A stretch of 64,000 nt of DNA from a virus (IMGVR_UViG_3300021400_000141:32001-96000); one strand, 5' to 3'. Counted from the first letter of the stretch, positions 20,151 to 29,979 are shown. Numbers and translations are program-made. Notes: a model not told the origin generated them from the sequence alone.

Positions 20151-20181
20151 AAAGAAGCGGTCCGAATGGGCCGCCTCTTTT
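20151..20181. terminator. bidirectional terminator
   Basis: GCGGTCC-GAAT-GGGCCGC with AAAGA/TCTTTT flanks between convergent genes. Confidence 0.7.
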
Positions 20182-20183
20182 AT

Positions 20184-20513
20184 TTAGTGTGGGAAATCGG
20201 TTTCAAAATAGATTTCTGTTAAACGTTCGTTCGGTTCTGAACCGTCGTATTCAACCCGTACAGAATATATCGCAACAAACCTATCGAGCGTGAAGAAGAA
20301 ACGCCTGACATCATCAGGGATGTTTCTCCCCATCGCATCATGTGAAACAGGGCTGAACGATGCTTCCATACATGGGTCGTCTGCGGTATGCCCAACGCCC
20401 TTATACTTGATGAAGACAGTCGGGTGTTTGTCACGATACTTCCATGCGAGTTCGCCAACAGCCGTCTTTCCGAAGAAAGACTGGTTGTAATCTGGATATT
20501 TTTTGTATCTCAT
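20184..20513 (-). CDS. hypothetical protein
   Basis: 109 aa directly after the polymerase; AGGAG RBS. Confidence 0.7.
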   Translation of the reverse strand: MRYKKYPDYNQSFFGKTAVGELAWKYRDKHPTVFIKYKGVGHTADDPCMEASFSPVSHDAMGRNIPDDVRRFFFTLDRFVAIYSVRVEYDGSEPNERLTEIYFETDFPH

Positions 20514-20522
20514 TTTGACTCC

Positions 20523-23462
20523 TTAGAACAGGTCGCACATCATTTCAGTCTGGTCTTCCTCGATGTTCTCACCCCATCCGACAGCCTTGAATAGACGGCC
20601 AAGTATATTGGAGACGGTCACCTTCCAGTGGCCTTCCCAGTCTGGTGTGAACAGTTGGAGAAGGCGTGGCGGGACTACATCGCCAGTGTAACCGATTGAG
20701 GTTATGCCGAACGGGTTGTCGCACACCTTGATGTACTTCATCTTGTCGCCAGCGTGTATCGGCTCGTACGGAATCTTCATGAGTTCCTTGTCGTTCAAGA
20801 TAAGGTAGTTCCATACAGATGCGGCCTTTCTACGCCAGTCGATTTTCTTCAATTCTTCCTTCGGGAAGTTAATCATTTCAGTGTACTCAGGAGGCTCTTC
20901 CTTGACACCTGACGGGCAGGAAATGTCGAGGTAGGCATGGTCGAGAATCTTCTGCGTATACTCGTCCTTGATTTCGACGACACGTTTACGCAGGGTTTCC
21001 CTATCCATCGTATCCATCATGAGTTCCACCGTGTTCATCATACGTTCACGTGAGAACATGGTCGTAGACGAACGCACGATTTCAAGACCAGTGATTGCGT
21101 AGTGCGGGTGGATAACGAGGTCAGGTGTCTTCTTGTCAAGGTACACGATGTCTTCGTTGGATTCAGCCACACAGATGTATTTCTTCTTCGCAGTCACAAT
21201 TGTCTTGTAAATGCACTTTTCACGTTTAAGGAACAGTTCGTTTGTACGATATCCCCAAGACGATGCGTAGCCAAGCATGTACTCATCCAGTTTCTCTTCG
21301 AGGATAGATGCGTCAAGCATACGGCAGAAGTCGGTAAGCCTGTAACGGTTGATGATGACACGGAACCGCTTGTTCGAAATCATGCCGTCCTTGTACATAA
21401 TCTGCAGCTTGGAGAACTTGTACTTGCTCCCCTTGATTTCCTGCGGTTCACGGTTACTCGGCTTGTCATAGACATCAGGGCAGTATGTATGGGCCATGAG
21501 GGCAAAGTGCTTCTTGTAGGCCATCTCGTTGCCAGCGTCGAAATCATCCTTGTGGATAATCTGGTGTCCGTCATACACGACAATCTGAACCTTCTTACCC
21601 TGGTTCTTGCTGAACTCTTCATATATGTCGTCGAACTTGGCATAGAACGAGTCGGTATCACCGTGGGACATTCTTCTTTGCAGGATGTCGCTCGTGATGT
21701 CGTAACCCCATTCGGTAGCCTTTTCAACATCGTCGAAGTCAACGTTCGCTTCGTTCCAGAAAATCTCGCCGCAGTAGTCTGGGTTGATTTTCGGTGAGTA
21801 ACCAAACGTGTCGATGAAGCGCTGGTCATGAGACAGGTCTTTGTTGATGTATTCGGCAAGGTGCTTACAGGTGTACTTGATGAGCCTCTGGCCGTAACCA
21901 GTAATTGACGCAGCATTGTCGATATCGTAGAATGCGAAGAACGGAGTACCGAGCAATCCGTACAGGGAGTTACCAAGCACCTTGTACACCTTCTGCATCA
22001 TATCGTAAATGTTCATCAGTTCTTCGTTACCGTCCTTTTCGGCCTGCTTCTTCTTAATCTTGAGTTCGGCACGACCGTTGAACAGCTTTCTCGTAACCTG
22101 AGGAACGATACCTTCCACATCCTTTCGGTAGAACACCTGATATTGACCGTTGTGTGTCCAAGGCGACCTGATGAGAACCTTCTTTTCCTCTTCGGTCAGC
22201 ACATAGTCGATAGGCTTGATAACCTTTGTTTCGGGGCTGATGTTGAAGGTCATCATGATTGAAGGATAAAGGCTTCGGTAGTCGTACGACACCTCTATCT
22301 TGTAGAAACCTGGGACTGAATACACGAAGGCGCCAGGGTATTCCTCCTTTGCAGTAGGCCTGTAAACGGGGAACACCATGTTCTGCTTGTGAAGGTGGTT
22401 CAGGACGAAGCCCACCATCATCTTCTTGGATTCAAACACTGATGTAATCGGCACTCGTGCCTCAGCAGAGGACATTAGCGCAAGGTCGAACATCTTTGTC
22501 TTTGTCTGGATTTTTCTACATAGGACACCGTCTATCACGTTATAGTAGCCGAACAGCGACGGGTAAGTTTTCCACGACAGGTATCCATCAGGAAGCGGCA
22601 CCTTCTTCTCGCCAACTTCCTTTTCACCGATTGCATCGAGTTTGTAGCTCGGCTCTTCGGAGAAGGTGTATTTCTTGTAAAGTGCGAGGAAGTCCATGAC
22701 TTCCGTTCCAGCAATGTGGAGTTCACGCTTCTTTTCGTCGAAGTAAGCCTTTTCGCTTCCCTTAGGCATTCTCGACATGAGATTGATAGGAATTCCGAGC
22801 TTCTTTGCACGACGGCTTGTGTACTCGGTATCGTACGAAAAGTTCCAACCAGAGAGGATATCGACATTGTGCTCTCTGATGTAGTTGAAAGTTCCTGTCA
22901 GAAGTTCCTGCTCTGTCGCACACTTGATATAGGTGCAGTTGAGTTCCTTGTACTTTTCCAGAGTTTCATCGTCGATATCGAGCGTACCGAACTGAACGGA
23001 GTAATCTGCAAAGTTGAGGATAATCAGGTTAATCGGATATTCGGCCAACCAAGGGACAGGGAACCTACCCTCGGTTGACACTTCGATATCCATAAAGCAG
23101 AGGTTGATATCCTTGATGTTCGGGTGTTCGATATCATATCCTTCATACTGCTGTTGCAGGAAGCGGCATCGTGGGTCAATATCAATCTCGTTGAAATGGT
23201 TTGTCGAACCTTGATACTGCCGCTTGATTTCCTTTTCTTCGTTGTGGGAAAGGTAGAATTCGTATACGTCGTTTCCGAAGATGTCCTTCATCCCGCACTC
23301 TACGGCCCCGAATTCACCAAGGCGGTTAGTATAGGAACGGTGTCTGACTGGGAGTACATCGGTCGTACCGTCAACATACCACAGATACATCTTGTCGTTT
23401 GTCGTATCGTGGTATATGGTAGACCACATCTTCTTCTTTGGAAGTTCTTGCGTCTCGCTCAT
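20523..23462 (-). CDS. family B DNA polymerase (T4 gp43-like)
   Basis: Exo DIEVS, GWNFSYD, YNVID; polymerase motifs DYRSLYPSI, KVLGNSLYG, HGDTDS, KKKY. Confidence 0.95.
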   Translation of the reverse strand: MSETQELPKKKMWSTIYHDTTNDKMYLWYVDGTTDVLPVRHRSYTNRLGEFGAVECGMKDIFGNDVYEFYLSHNEEKEIKRQYQGSTNHFNEIDIDPRCRFLQQQYEGYDIEHPNIKDINLCFMDIEVSTEGRFPVPWLAEYPINLIILNFADYSVQFGTLDIDDETLEKYKELNCTYIKCATEQELLTGTFNYIREHNVDILSGWNFSYDTEYTSRRAKKLGIPINLMSRMPKGSEKAYFDEKKRELHIAGTEVMDFLALYKKYTFSEEPSYKLDAIGEKEVGEKKVPLPDGYLSWKTYPSLFGYYNVIDGVLCRKIQTKTKMFDLALMSSAEARVPITSVFESKKMMVGFVLNHLHKQNMVFPVYRPTAKEEYPGAFVYSVPGFYKIEVSYDYRSLYPSIMMTFNISPETKVIKPIDYVLTEEEKKVLIRSPWTHNGQYQVFYRKDVEGIVPQVTRKLFNGRAELKIKKKQAEKDGNEELMNIYDMMQKVYKVLGNSLYGLLGTPFFAFYDIDNAASITGYGQRLIKYTCKHLAEYINKDLSHDQRFIDTFGYSPKINPDYCGEIFWNEANVDFDDVEKATEWGYDITSDILQRRMSHGDTDSFYAKFDDIYEEFSKNQGKKVQIVVYDGHQIIHKDDFDAGNEMAYKKHFALMAHTYCPDVYDKPSNREPQEIKGSKYKFSKLQIMYKDGMISNKRFRVIINRYRLTDFCRMLDASILEEKLDEYMLGYASSWGYRTNELFLKREKCIYKTIVTAKKKYICVAESNEDIVYLDKKTPDLVIHPHYAITGLEIVRSSTTMFSRERMMNTVELMMDTMDRETLRKRVVEIKDEYTQKILDHAYLDISCPSGVKEEPPEYTEMINFPKEELKKIDWRRKAASVWNYLILNDKELMKIPYEPIHAGDKMKYIKVCDNPFGITSIGYTGDVVPPRLLQLFTPDWEGHWKVTVSNILGRLFKAVGWGENIEEDQTEMMCDLF

Positions 23463-23474
23463 GCTGCAACCACA

Positions 23475-23726
23475 CTATCTCTTGTTGGCGTTTACCTTAA
23501 GCTTGCTTTCGGTATCTGGGTCGAAGAAACCAGTCTTGCTGTCGTAGAAAACCTTTGTCGGAATTTTCACGTCGGAGGCGAACACTAGGGTCACATCCAT
23601 CCCGTTAGTACACCTGTATGTGACAGATTGTCCGTTCGCAACAAGAATTGAACACTTGGTATCGTAGGTCTGTTTAGAAAATGCGAACGCCACCAGTACC
23701 GCAATAATAAGCAACATCTTTCTCAT
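23475..23726 (-). CDS. small protein with N-terminal signal peptide
   Basis: MRKMLLIIAVLVAFAFS followed by a short region with two Cys. Confidence 0.7.
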   Translation of the reverse strand: MRKMLLIIAVLVAFAFSKQTYDTKCSILVANGQSVTYRCTNGMDVTLVFASDVKIPTKVFYDSKTGFFDPDTESKLKVNANKR

Positions 23727-23779
23727 AATAACCTCGTTTTAATTAACTATATTATGAACAAGCTAACTATCTCAATGTA

Positions 23780-23807
23780 AATATACATTCTTCCCATGAA
23801 AAGTCAA
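23780..23807 (-). promoter_or_regulatory. sigma70-type promoter for the DNA polymerase unit
   Basis: TTGACT-N16-TATATT. Confidence 0.55.
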
Positions 23808-25126
23808 GGGTCTTTTTTGATACAGCTCATAATCTCCTTGCAACGCATAATCCTTCGGCGGGGAACCCATCTCGGAGGGTTGCTCCCGTCAGCCGTGCAA
23901 ATCCACAGCATGTTGTCAACGGGGATTTCCCTCGGTTTCGGTATCTCGTCGAAAATCATGTCCGAAAAGATGATTATGCCCGAATACTTCCTCACAAGTT
24001 TATTATCCCTGAGCATGTCAAACACGCACTGCGGGTTGGTTCCTCCTCGTCCAGTCACATCGAAGTTCTTGCGGGAACCTCCAGGCTTGAACGTCATCGG
24101 GAGGGTGCATTTGCAGTCCCACCACGAGAAATCTATCTGGCTCCCAGTGGCAATCTTGGCTATCAGGCAGGCGGCTGCGGAAAGGTCTTCGTCAGACATA
24201 GAACCAGACGAGTCTGCTGCAAGGAGAAGCTTGCAATCATATACGGAACGCTGACCTGGGAACAGCAGGTTGTACCGCCTGTTCTGCCTCATTCTCGTCG
24301 ATTCCGTACGCTGTGAGACAACCGTGCCTATGAACGAACGGATGATACGCCTGTGGTCAACGGGAGGCTTCTGTGCGGCAAGTATCTTCATCAGGATGTC
24401 ACCAGCGCTCAGACCCCAGCTAGTCCCATCAAACCCACCGTTCTCCTCCAGATGCTTCGTCTCCATCGCAATGTCGCTAGCAACGGTCTCGTTCGGTGTC
24501 CAGTTGTCGGAACGTGTGTCGTCACAGAAGTAGTCTTCAAGGGCTTCCTGCGGAGTTCCTGGCCCGTCGCTGTTCTCACCTTCTCCACCTGAGGTTTCGG
24601 ACTGGTCTGAATCATCTGGGTCGCCACCGTCGGAATTGTTTGCAGCCCGTTCCATCCACATCGCCACCTTCTCGTGGTAATCACAGTCACCGTCCCATTC
24701 CTTTCCAGTCTCGTTCTTGTACAAAACCTTCCCCTGTTCGTAGTAGACGTTGGCCTTGCTCTTGTCGAGAGCGTCAGGGAAAGATGTTCCTGTCAGGGTA
24801 AGACATCCCCTCGCCATAGCGTAGCAGATGATGTCGCTAGAAAGGAGGTTGAACTTGTTGTCAACGGCACGCTTGGTGACATGGTGCAATGCGATGCGGG
24901 AAGCCTCTATGTAGAGGACTTTCGCAAGGTCGCTCAGGTCCATCATGTCCACCCAACGGCTGTTCGCAACCAGATAAAGCTGGCCGGGCATGTGGGCATC
25001 AAGCATCAGCGTCTTCGTTCGGTCGTCCTCAATTAGCGGCTGTGCCATGTTTATGTAGCACAGTGCGGGAGCGTTCACCGACCCCAGCAGCATCTTAGCC
25101 TGTTCTATCTTGTATAATGCGGACAT
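23804..25126 (-). CDS. VWA-like domain protein (DUF2201-type)
   Basis: LAADSSGSM, GRGGTN, IIIFSD; acidic linker; adjacent to an AAA ATPase. Confidence 0.8.
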   Translation of the reverse strand: MSALYKIEQAKMLLGSVNAPALCYINMAQPLIEDDRTKTLMLDAHMPGQLYLVANSRWVDMMDLSDLAKVLYIEASRIALHHVTKRAVDNKFNLLSSDIICYAMARGCLTLTGTSFPDALDKSKANVYYEQGKVLYKNETGKEWDGDCDYHEKVAMWMERAANNSDGGDPDDSDQSETSGGEGENSDGPGTPQEALEDYFCDDTRSDNWTPNETVASDIAMETKHLEENGGFDGTSWGLSAGDILMKILAAQKPPVDHRRIIRSFIGTVVSQRTESTRMRQNRRYNLLFPGQRSVYDCKLLLAADSSGSMSDEDLSAAACLIAKIATGSQIDFSWWDCKCTLPMTFKPGGSRKNFDVTGRGGTNPQCVFDMLRDNKLVRKYSGIIIFSDMIFDEIPKPREIPVDNMLWICTADGSNPPRWVPRRRIMRCKEIMSCIKKDP

Positions 25127-26265
25127 CAGTTGACCTGGTTGAATTCACTAAAGCTGGCTTTGAGGGCGGCCTTCTTCTGGTCCCCGACATGTTCACGGAG
25201 GACAGATAGCCAATTCTTCTTGTTTTCGGAAATCTGGAACACAAGGTCTATCAGGTGGAAGTTGTACATCTGGGCCCGTATCTCTGGCGGTACGGCAAAG
25301 TAGAAATACCAGAAGTTCAGTGACATCGTCTTAGACTGCTTTGCGTTTTCGTAGGCGTTAGAAATCTTTGTGATAACAGCGTCGCTCAACTGTGTCAACT
25401 GCGGAACGCTCATAGCGTCGATGATGCCCTTGTACGTCATCCAGTCGCTTTCCTTCGCTTTCAGAACCATGTCGGCATCGAGGGTGTTGCCGTTCTTTCT
25501 GAACCATTCGGTGAACACCTTGGCCATGTCTGGCCCTAGGGTTGACGTGGCATCTATGAGCATGGTCTCCATTCCGCCAGGAACAGGATTTCCATTCACA
25601 TCGACATAATCGCCGCCTTTATACGCATTGTCGAAAAGACGGGCGAAGTTTTCCCAGGAACGCGGGTTCGCCGTGTTCTCGTCTTCAGAGTCAACCTCGG
25701 TGTCGTCCACATACAAAGCGTTGTTGTGGGAAGCGATGAAGCGTCTGATGATAGGGTTGATGCCAGCGCTTTCAGCCCACTTGTCCCAATACTTCGCATC
25801 GACTTCGACGTGATAACGGGCGAAACGGGTGAAGAGAGCCCTGTTAAGAGGCATGACCTGGTTGGAGTCAACGTTCGACGGGTTGATTGCAAGGACGACA
25901 CGGGAACCTTCGGGAAGGGTGAACCCGTTGAACGACTGTTCGGGGGAACACAGCTTCATGAGGGCGGCGATGATTTCGCCCTTAGCCCTGTTGATTTCGT
26001 CGATGAACACCAGGGTCGGCTCGGTGCTGTTCATCCAGTCTGGTTTCGTATGGTGGTGTACATGGTTCTCGATTTCCAGCAATCCGATAAGGTCACCAGA
26101 GTCGCCAGACTGCGAACAGTCGAGAATTACCAGCCGCAGCCCGAGTATTTTTGCGAGTGAACGGCAGAACTGGGTCTTTCCTATGCCAGGGGGTCCGATA
26201 AGCAAAGCTGGGGTCTTACACCATAAACGAGTAATTCTCTTCTCAATAACACCAAACTGCATCAA
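25126..26265 (-). CDS. MoxR-like AAA+ ATPase
   Basis: Walker A GPPGIGKT, Walker B VFIDEINR, AINP, ALFTRF, NPRSWE. Confidence 0.88.
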   Translation of the reverse strand: MMQFGVIEKRITRLWCKTPALLIGPPGIGKTQFCRSLAKILGLRLVILDCSQSGDSGDLIGLLEIENHVHHHTKPDWMNSTEPTLVFIDEINRAKGEIIAALMKLCSPEQSFNGFTLPEGSRVVLAINPSNVDSNQVMPLNRALFTRFARYHVEVDAKYWDKWAESAGINPIIRRFIASHNNALYVDDTEVDSEDENTANPRSWENFARLFDNAYKGGDYVDVNGNPVPGGMETMLIDATSTLGPDMAKVFTEWFRKNGNTLDADMVLKAKESDWMTYKGIIDAMSVPQLTQLSDAVITKISNAYENAKQSKTMSLNFWYFYFAVPPEIRAQMYNFHLIDLVFQISENKKNWLSVLREHVGDQKKAALKASFSEFNQVN

Positions 26266-26299
26266 TATATCCTTGACGGCAAGGTTTCAGCCGCCATCA

Positions 26300-27199
26300 C
26301 TAAATTATCTTATTTTTAGCCGTTTCCGACACTGGCTCAATCATATAAGGTGTAACGTACACACCAAACACGGACGGCCTGACGTAATACCTCTTGTCGA
26401 TTAGAATCGGCTGGTCCGAACCGTGCTTGCACCATGTGATGTAACTGGATTGAATCAGGTGCTGCGTGAACAGGAAGAACTTCACTCCGCTGAAATAGGT
26501 CGCGAGAACATATGTCAGAACAGTCTGGTCGAGCCTCGTGGAAGAGCAGTCTACTGCTGTAAGTTTCAGGAAAGACCAGGTGATTTCGTCTATGATGTTC
26601 ACAATCTTTACGTTCCTGCGGATGATTACCCCAGACTGGAACAGGACGGCCTTGTTGAACGAAGTCTTCGAGAACAGTTTCATCTGTGCGTTGACATCCT
26701 CCGCCGAAAGGCCACGGGCCCTCTGCCACGCATGGAGTTCGTCATAGACGCTCGTCCTGTACGGGTGTATGGAAATGCCTATGTCGGAACCGGAGTTGAC
26801 GAAGTCTTCATACAGCTTGTCAAGCGGCTTTTTAATCAACATGCTTGCATCGATGTAGATGGAAACGTTCGTGTCGGCAAACGCGAACGGATGATAGCGG
26901 ACATAGTTCAGAATCCCGATGACATCGTTAATTCCGTCGAGGCAATGGTATTCCGAAATGTGGTGTACATCCCATGTCTTGCTCTTCAGCTTCCTGTTGT
27001 CCGTTATCAGCAAGTAATGCACGTCGCCCTTCGCGTTCTTGACTTCCCTTACGGGTTCATAGTCGTCCAGGATACACTCGATGACAGTGTACTTGTACAC
27101 TTTACGGGGAGGCTTGGTTTCCTTGGCAGGCTCACTACTTGGTGGTGTGTCTGCGGAACCTGTCAGACGCCTCAGAAGCGACATTAATCCATTTGCCAT
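26300..27199 (-). CDS. glycosyltransferase-like protein (DUF616-type)
   Basis: ILDDYE...LITDN...SIYIDAS...HPYRTSVYDEL...SGVIIR...RLDQ. Confidence 0.65.
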   Translation of the reverse strand: MANGLMSLLRRLTGSADTPPSSEPAKETKPPRKVYKYTVIECILDDYEPVREVKNAKGDVHYLLITDNRKLKSKTWDVHHISEYHCLDGINDVIGILNYVRYHPFAFADTNVSIYIDASMLIKKPLDKLYEDFVNSGSDIGISIHPYRTSVYDELHAWQRARGLSAEDVNAQMKLFSKTSFNKAVLFQSGVIIRRNVKIVNIIDEITWSFLKLTAVDCSSTRLDQTVLTYVLATYFSGVKFFLFTQHLIQSSYITWCKHGSDQPILIDKRYYVRPSVFGVYVTPYMIEPVSETAKNKII

Positions 27200-27908
27200 C
27201 GGTAAGAAGACCCTTCACTGTCTCAATCATGTTGTCGTAGGAGGAATAGACGACGGAATCGCCTGCATAGTTGTCGTTCTTCGACGGTTCGCTGACGATG
27301 CACTTGCCGTTGATTAGCGGGTAGAACATTCGGACGATTTCCTGACACTGGTACTGCGGGAATGCGTGGATGTTCAGTATAATCTTCGAGTGGGCAATCA
27401 GGTAGTCGAGAGCAGGGCCAGTAACGCCCGTTGCCGTGATGACAGCCCATTCACGGTGGGCGGCACGCATCGAGCCTATAAGCTTGTTCCTTCTGGGGGT
27501 TTCCTCTCCGTAGAACAGGACATCGTACAGCATGTTCTCGGGCTTAACCTTCTCTATCGTCTTCAGACTTTCTACCCACTTAATCGGGTGGTAGCTCGCC
27601 CTGTAACCTAGGGTATCCGAGAAGAACTTGATGTTCTCCAAGTTGTAGTCCCAGATTTCGTCGGCACGTGAGAACCATCCCCTCGTGTTTGCGTTCAGCC
27701 AAGGGCTTCCAACATAGAGTTGTTCGAGGTTGTAAACGACCAGTTTGTAATCGGGGTGTTTCTCCTTGAGTTTAAGGGCCTCGGAGCATGGCATCACGTT
27801 GTAACCGAGCACGACAACGACTTTCTCGTACTTCGGCTTGTCGCACAGCTCCTTCAACATAGCCTTAACCTGTTTGAACACGAACGGGTGAGGGTCAATG
27901 ATAATCAT
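27135..27908 (-). CDS. glycosyltransferase (GT-B / CgeB-like)
   Basis: YNLEQL, IWDY, DVLFYG...RR, SKIILNIH, EIVRM...CIVSE. Confidence 0.7.
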   Translation of the reverse strand: MIIIDPHPFVFKQVKAMLKELCDKPKYEKVVVVLGYNVMPCSEALKLKEKHPDYKLVVYNLEQLYVGSPWLNANTRGWFSRADEIWDYNLENIKFFSDTLGYRASYHPIKWVESLKTIEKVKPENMLYDVLFYGEETPRRNKLIGSMRAAHREWAVITATGVTGPALDYLIAHSKIILNIHAFPQYQCQEIVRMFYPLINGKCIVSEPSKNDNYAGDSVVYSSYDNMIETVKGLLTDGKWINVASEASDRFRRHTTK

Positions 27909-27945
27909 AAATTAAATCCAGTTTGAAATGCACGTCATCATCAAA

Positions 27946-27974
27946 AATATAGCCATTCTTTCCAAATTTGGCAA
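27946..27974 (-). promoter_or_regulatory. sigma70-type promoter
   Basis: TTGCCA-N17-TATATT. Confidence 0.8.
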
Positions 27975-27980
27975 GGCACC

Positions 27981-28154
27981 CTACCATTCTTCCTTCGGCA
28001 TTGGCTGGAACGGGGATGCTTCCGCCTTGATATCGGGGTTGTAACACTCGGCGCTAATGGACGGGTCGTGACACTCGGCTTGGAACACAGGGTTGTGACC
28101 TTCGGACTGGAAAACTGGTTTCAATTTGGGTTCATTAGATTCGTACGGAAGCAT
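27981..28154 (-). CDS. 57-aa peptide with 9-residue repeats (absent from the ORF track)
   Basis: Translated by hand: MLPYESNEPKLKPVFQSEGHNPVFQAECHDPSISAECYNPDIKAEASPFQPMPKEEW; AAGGT 7 nt upstream. Confidence 0.6.
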   Translation of the reverse strand: MLPYESNEPKLKPVFQSEGHNPVFQAECHDPSISAECYNPDIKAEASPFQPMPKEEW

Positions 28155-28164
28155 AATTTTTACC

Positions 28165-28193
28165 TTGACAAAAATACATCAATAAAATATATT
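28165..28193 (+). promoter_or_regulatory. sigma70-type promoter
   Basis: TTGACA-N17-TATATT. Confidence 0.85.
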
Positions 28194-28230
28194 TATCTTA
28201 ACCTATAATCCAACAAAAACGGAGTTCCCT

Positions 28231-28962
28231 ATGTGCTCGCTTGAAGATGCGATTGAAACAATGGACAAGTGCGTCCTCGTTTCCCACGAAGTGTTTAAAT
28301 TCCTGGTTGACGAATACCGTAAGGCCCATACCGACGACGCCGTAACCGTCCTTCTCGACGAACAGGACATCGGTGTGGCCACCGAAGGAGAAATCATCAC
28401 CCTACTGAAAAGCTACCGATACGACCTGGAAGAAATGGAAAAGCTCAAGAAGAGAAACAACGACTTGAAGGAACACATCATCGCGTTGCAGGGGTCAGCG
28501 AACGCCTTCCAGGTAAGCAGGTGCGAATCGTGCCAGGAATCTCAGAGGGCCGACAAGGAGCTTGAAAAGTTGAACGAAATGGTGGACAAGTACAACGAGC
28601 TAGCCCACAAGTACAACGAACTCGAAGCAAGGAAGTCGTCAATCCCAGTTCACCACTTCCCAGAGGAAATCCCCGTCATCCCAGACGGGGAACAGTGCGT
28701 TGGGTTATACCTCCTTTCCGAAGACAAGCCGTTACAGAACGTGAATGACCACAGCACGCTCTACCATTTCGAGATTGATGGTGCATTCCGTCCAGGGAAC
28801 AAGCCGTGCTACTTCATCTACACGAAGGATGTACTCGACGCTCTCAACCAGGCCGCATTGTCCCATTTCAAGCGTATCTGTTACTGCCCCTCATGCGGGG
28901 CACCAATTCCTCCTCCTGAACCGTGCAATACCTACGACGATGTGGTGCAGAGGGATGGCTAA
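28231..28962 (+). CDS. hypothetical protein (coiled coil, CxxC motifs)
   Basis: 243 aa; GGAG RBS. Confidence 0.75.
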   Translation: MCSLEDAIETMDKCVLVSHEVFKFLVDEYRKAHTDDAVTVLLDEQDIGVATEGEIITLLKSYRYDLEEMEKLKKRNNDLKEHIIALQGSANAFQVSRCESCQESQRADKELEKLNEMVDKYNELAHKYNELEARKSSIPVHHFPEEIPVIPDGEQCVGLYLLSEDKPLQNVNDHSTLYHFEIDGAFRPGNKPCYFIYTKDVLDALNQAALSHFKRICYCPSCGAPIPPPEPCNTYDDVVQRDG

Positions 28963-29374
28963 TATGTTGAGCGAAGAAAGTTACTACAATTTTGACCTAA
29001 CCAAGAATTGGGGCAAGCAGCTTAAAGAAGCCTACATGTTCTGCCAGTGGATTAAGAAGGATATCGTCAAGGAACTGATTTACAACCGTGAAACAGACCT
29101 CGTTATCGAACCGTCAAACACTGGCAAATGGTATATCGCCCTGTTCCCGTGCGGAAAGATGTTCTATGGAGTAGACTGCAGGGTAGACCCGTCGGATAGA
29201 AGCAAATTCATATATTCCGACTGCTTGCCAAAGAGGTATGTAAAGGAAGGTGACAATTTCAAAGAGGTGGCCGCATTGGACATGAATGATGTCGTCTCTA
29301 TGGATGTCGGTTACGACAAGGACCTTGAAGCGTTGTGCGAATATCATGACAAAATGATGGAGAAGGAAGCATGA
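28955..29374 (+). CDS. hypothetical protein
   Basis: Start reassigned to ATG 28955 to avoid a long overlap. Confidence 0.65.
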   Translation: MANMLSEESYYNFDLTKNWGKQLKEAYMFCQWIKKDIVKELIYNRETDLVIEPSNTGKWYIALFPCGKMFYGVDCRVDPSDRSKFIYSDCLPKRYVKEGDNFKEVAALDMNDVVSMDVGYDKDLEALCEYHDKMMEKEA

Positions 29375-29967
29375 AATTCTATTTCATCAGGCATGCACCT
29401 ACTTCGGCAAACCTGTCGGGTTCGATGGTTGCTGGGTACGAAAACACCGATATCAACCTCTATGACAAGCCAGACGACTGGGAAGAGCGTGTCGGCAAGT
29501 TCATTCCAGAGGCCGACAGGAAGGTTATCGTCAGCTCGCCGACCAAGCGTTGCATCAGCACGGCGAAACTGCTGTTCGACCGTCTCCCGACCGAAGTGAC
29601 CACGAGCCTAGGCGAATTCGACTGCAAGGCTCTCGGGAACAAGAAGTTCTGGGAGATTACGGAAGCCGAGTTCAACAAACTGGTGTTCCTCCCAGCTTCC
29701 ACGATGGAGAAACGGGCGAAAATCGTGCTGCACGACATGGGAAACGATATCCGTCACGAGAACAGCACGAACGCTGTAATCGCAATTTCGCACGGTATGC
29801 TAATCCGCTATATCTATCATTACGTGAACGGTAATGCGGGCATCAGTGCGTACGACATCATCAACTCCAAGGGCTTCGCGTTTTCCAACCTTGATTTGCT
29901 CATCGTTGACACTGTGAAGAGAACGGTGGAAGTCCATCATTACAAAGAGCCAATCAATCACAAATAA
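29371..29967 (+). CDS. histidine phosphatase family protein
   Basis: FIRHA, SSPTKRC, ISHG catalytic motifs. Confidence 0.85.
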   Translation: MKFYFIRHAPTSANLSGSMVAGYENTDINLYDKPDDWEERVGKFIPEADRKVIVSSPTKRCISTAKLLFDRLPTEVTTSLGEFDCKALGNKKFWEITEAEFNKLVFLPASTMEKRAKIVLHDMGNDIRHENSTNAVIAISHGMLIRYIYHYVNGNAGISAYDIINSKGFAFSNLDLLIVDTVKRTVEVHHYKEPINHK

Positions 29968-29979
29968 GGAGATAGATAT

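Noticed and set aside
21290-21640. Intein in the DNA polymerase
   Set aside because: The insert lacks intein-like N-terminal and His-Asn C-terminal motifs and any homing endonuclease motif
27981-28160. tRNA or other ncRNA in this gap
   Set aside because: No cloverleaf or T-loop; the repeats are better explained by the 57-aa ORF
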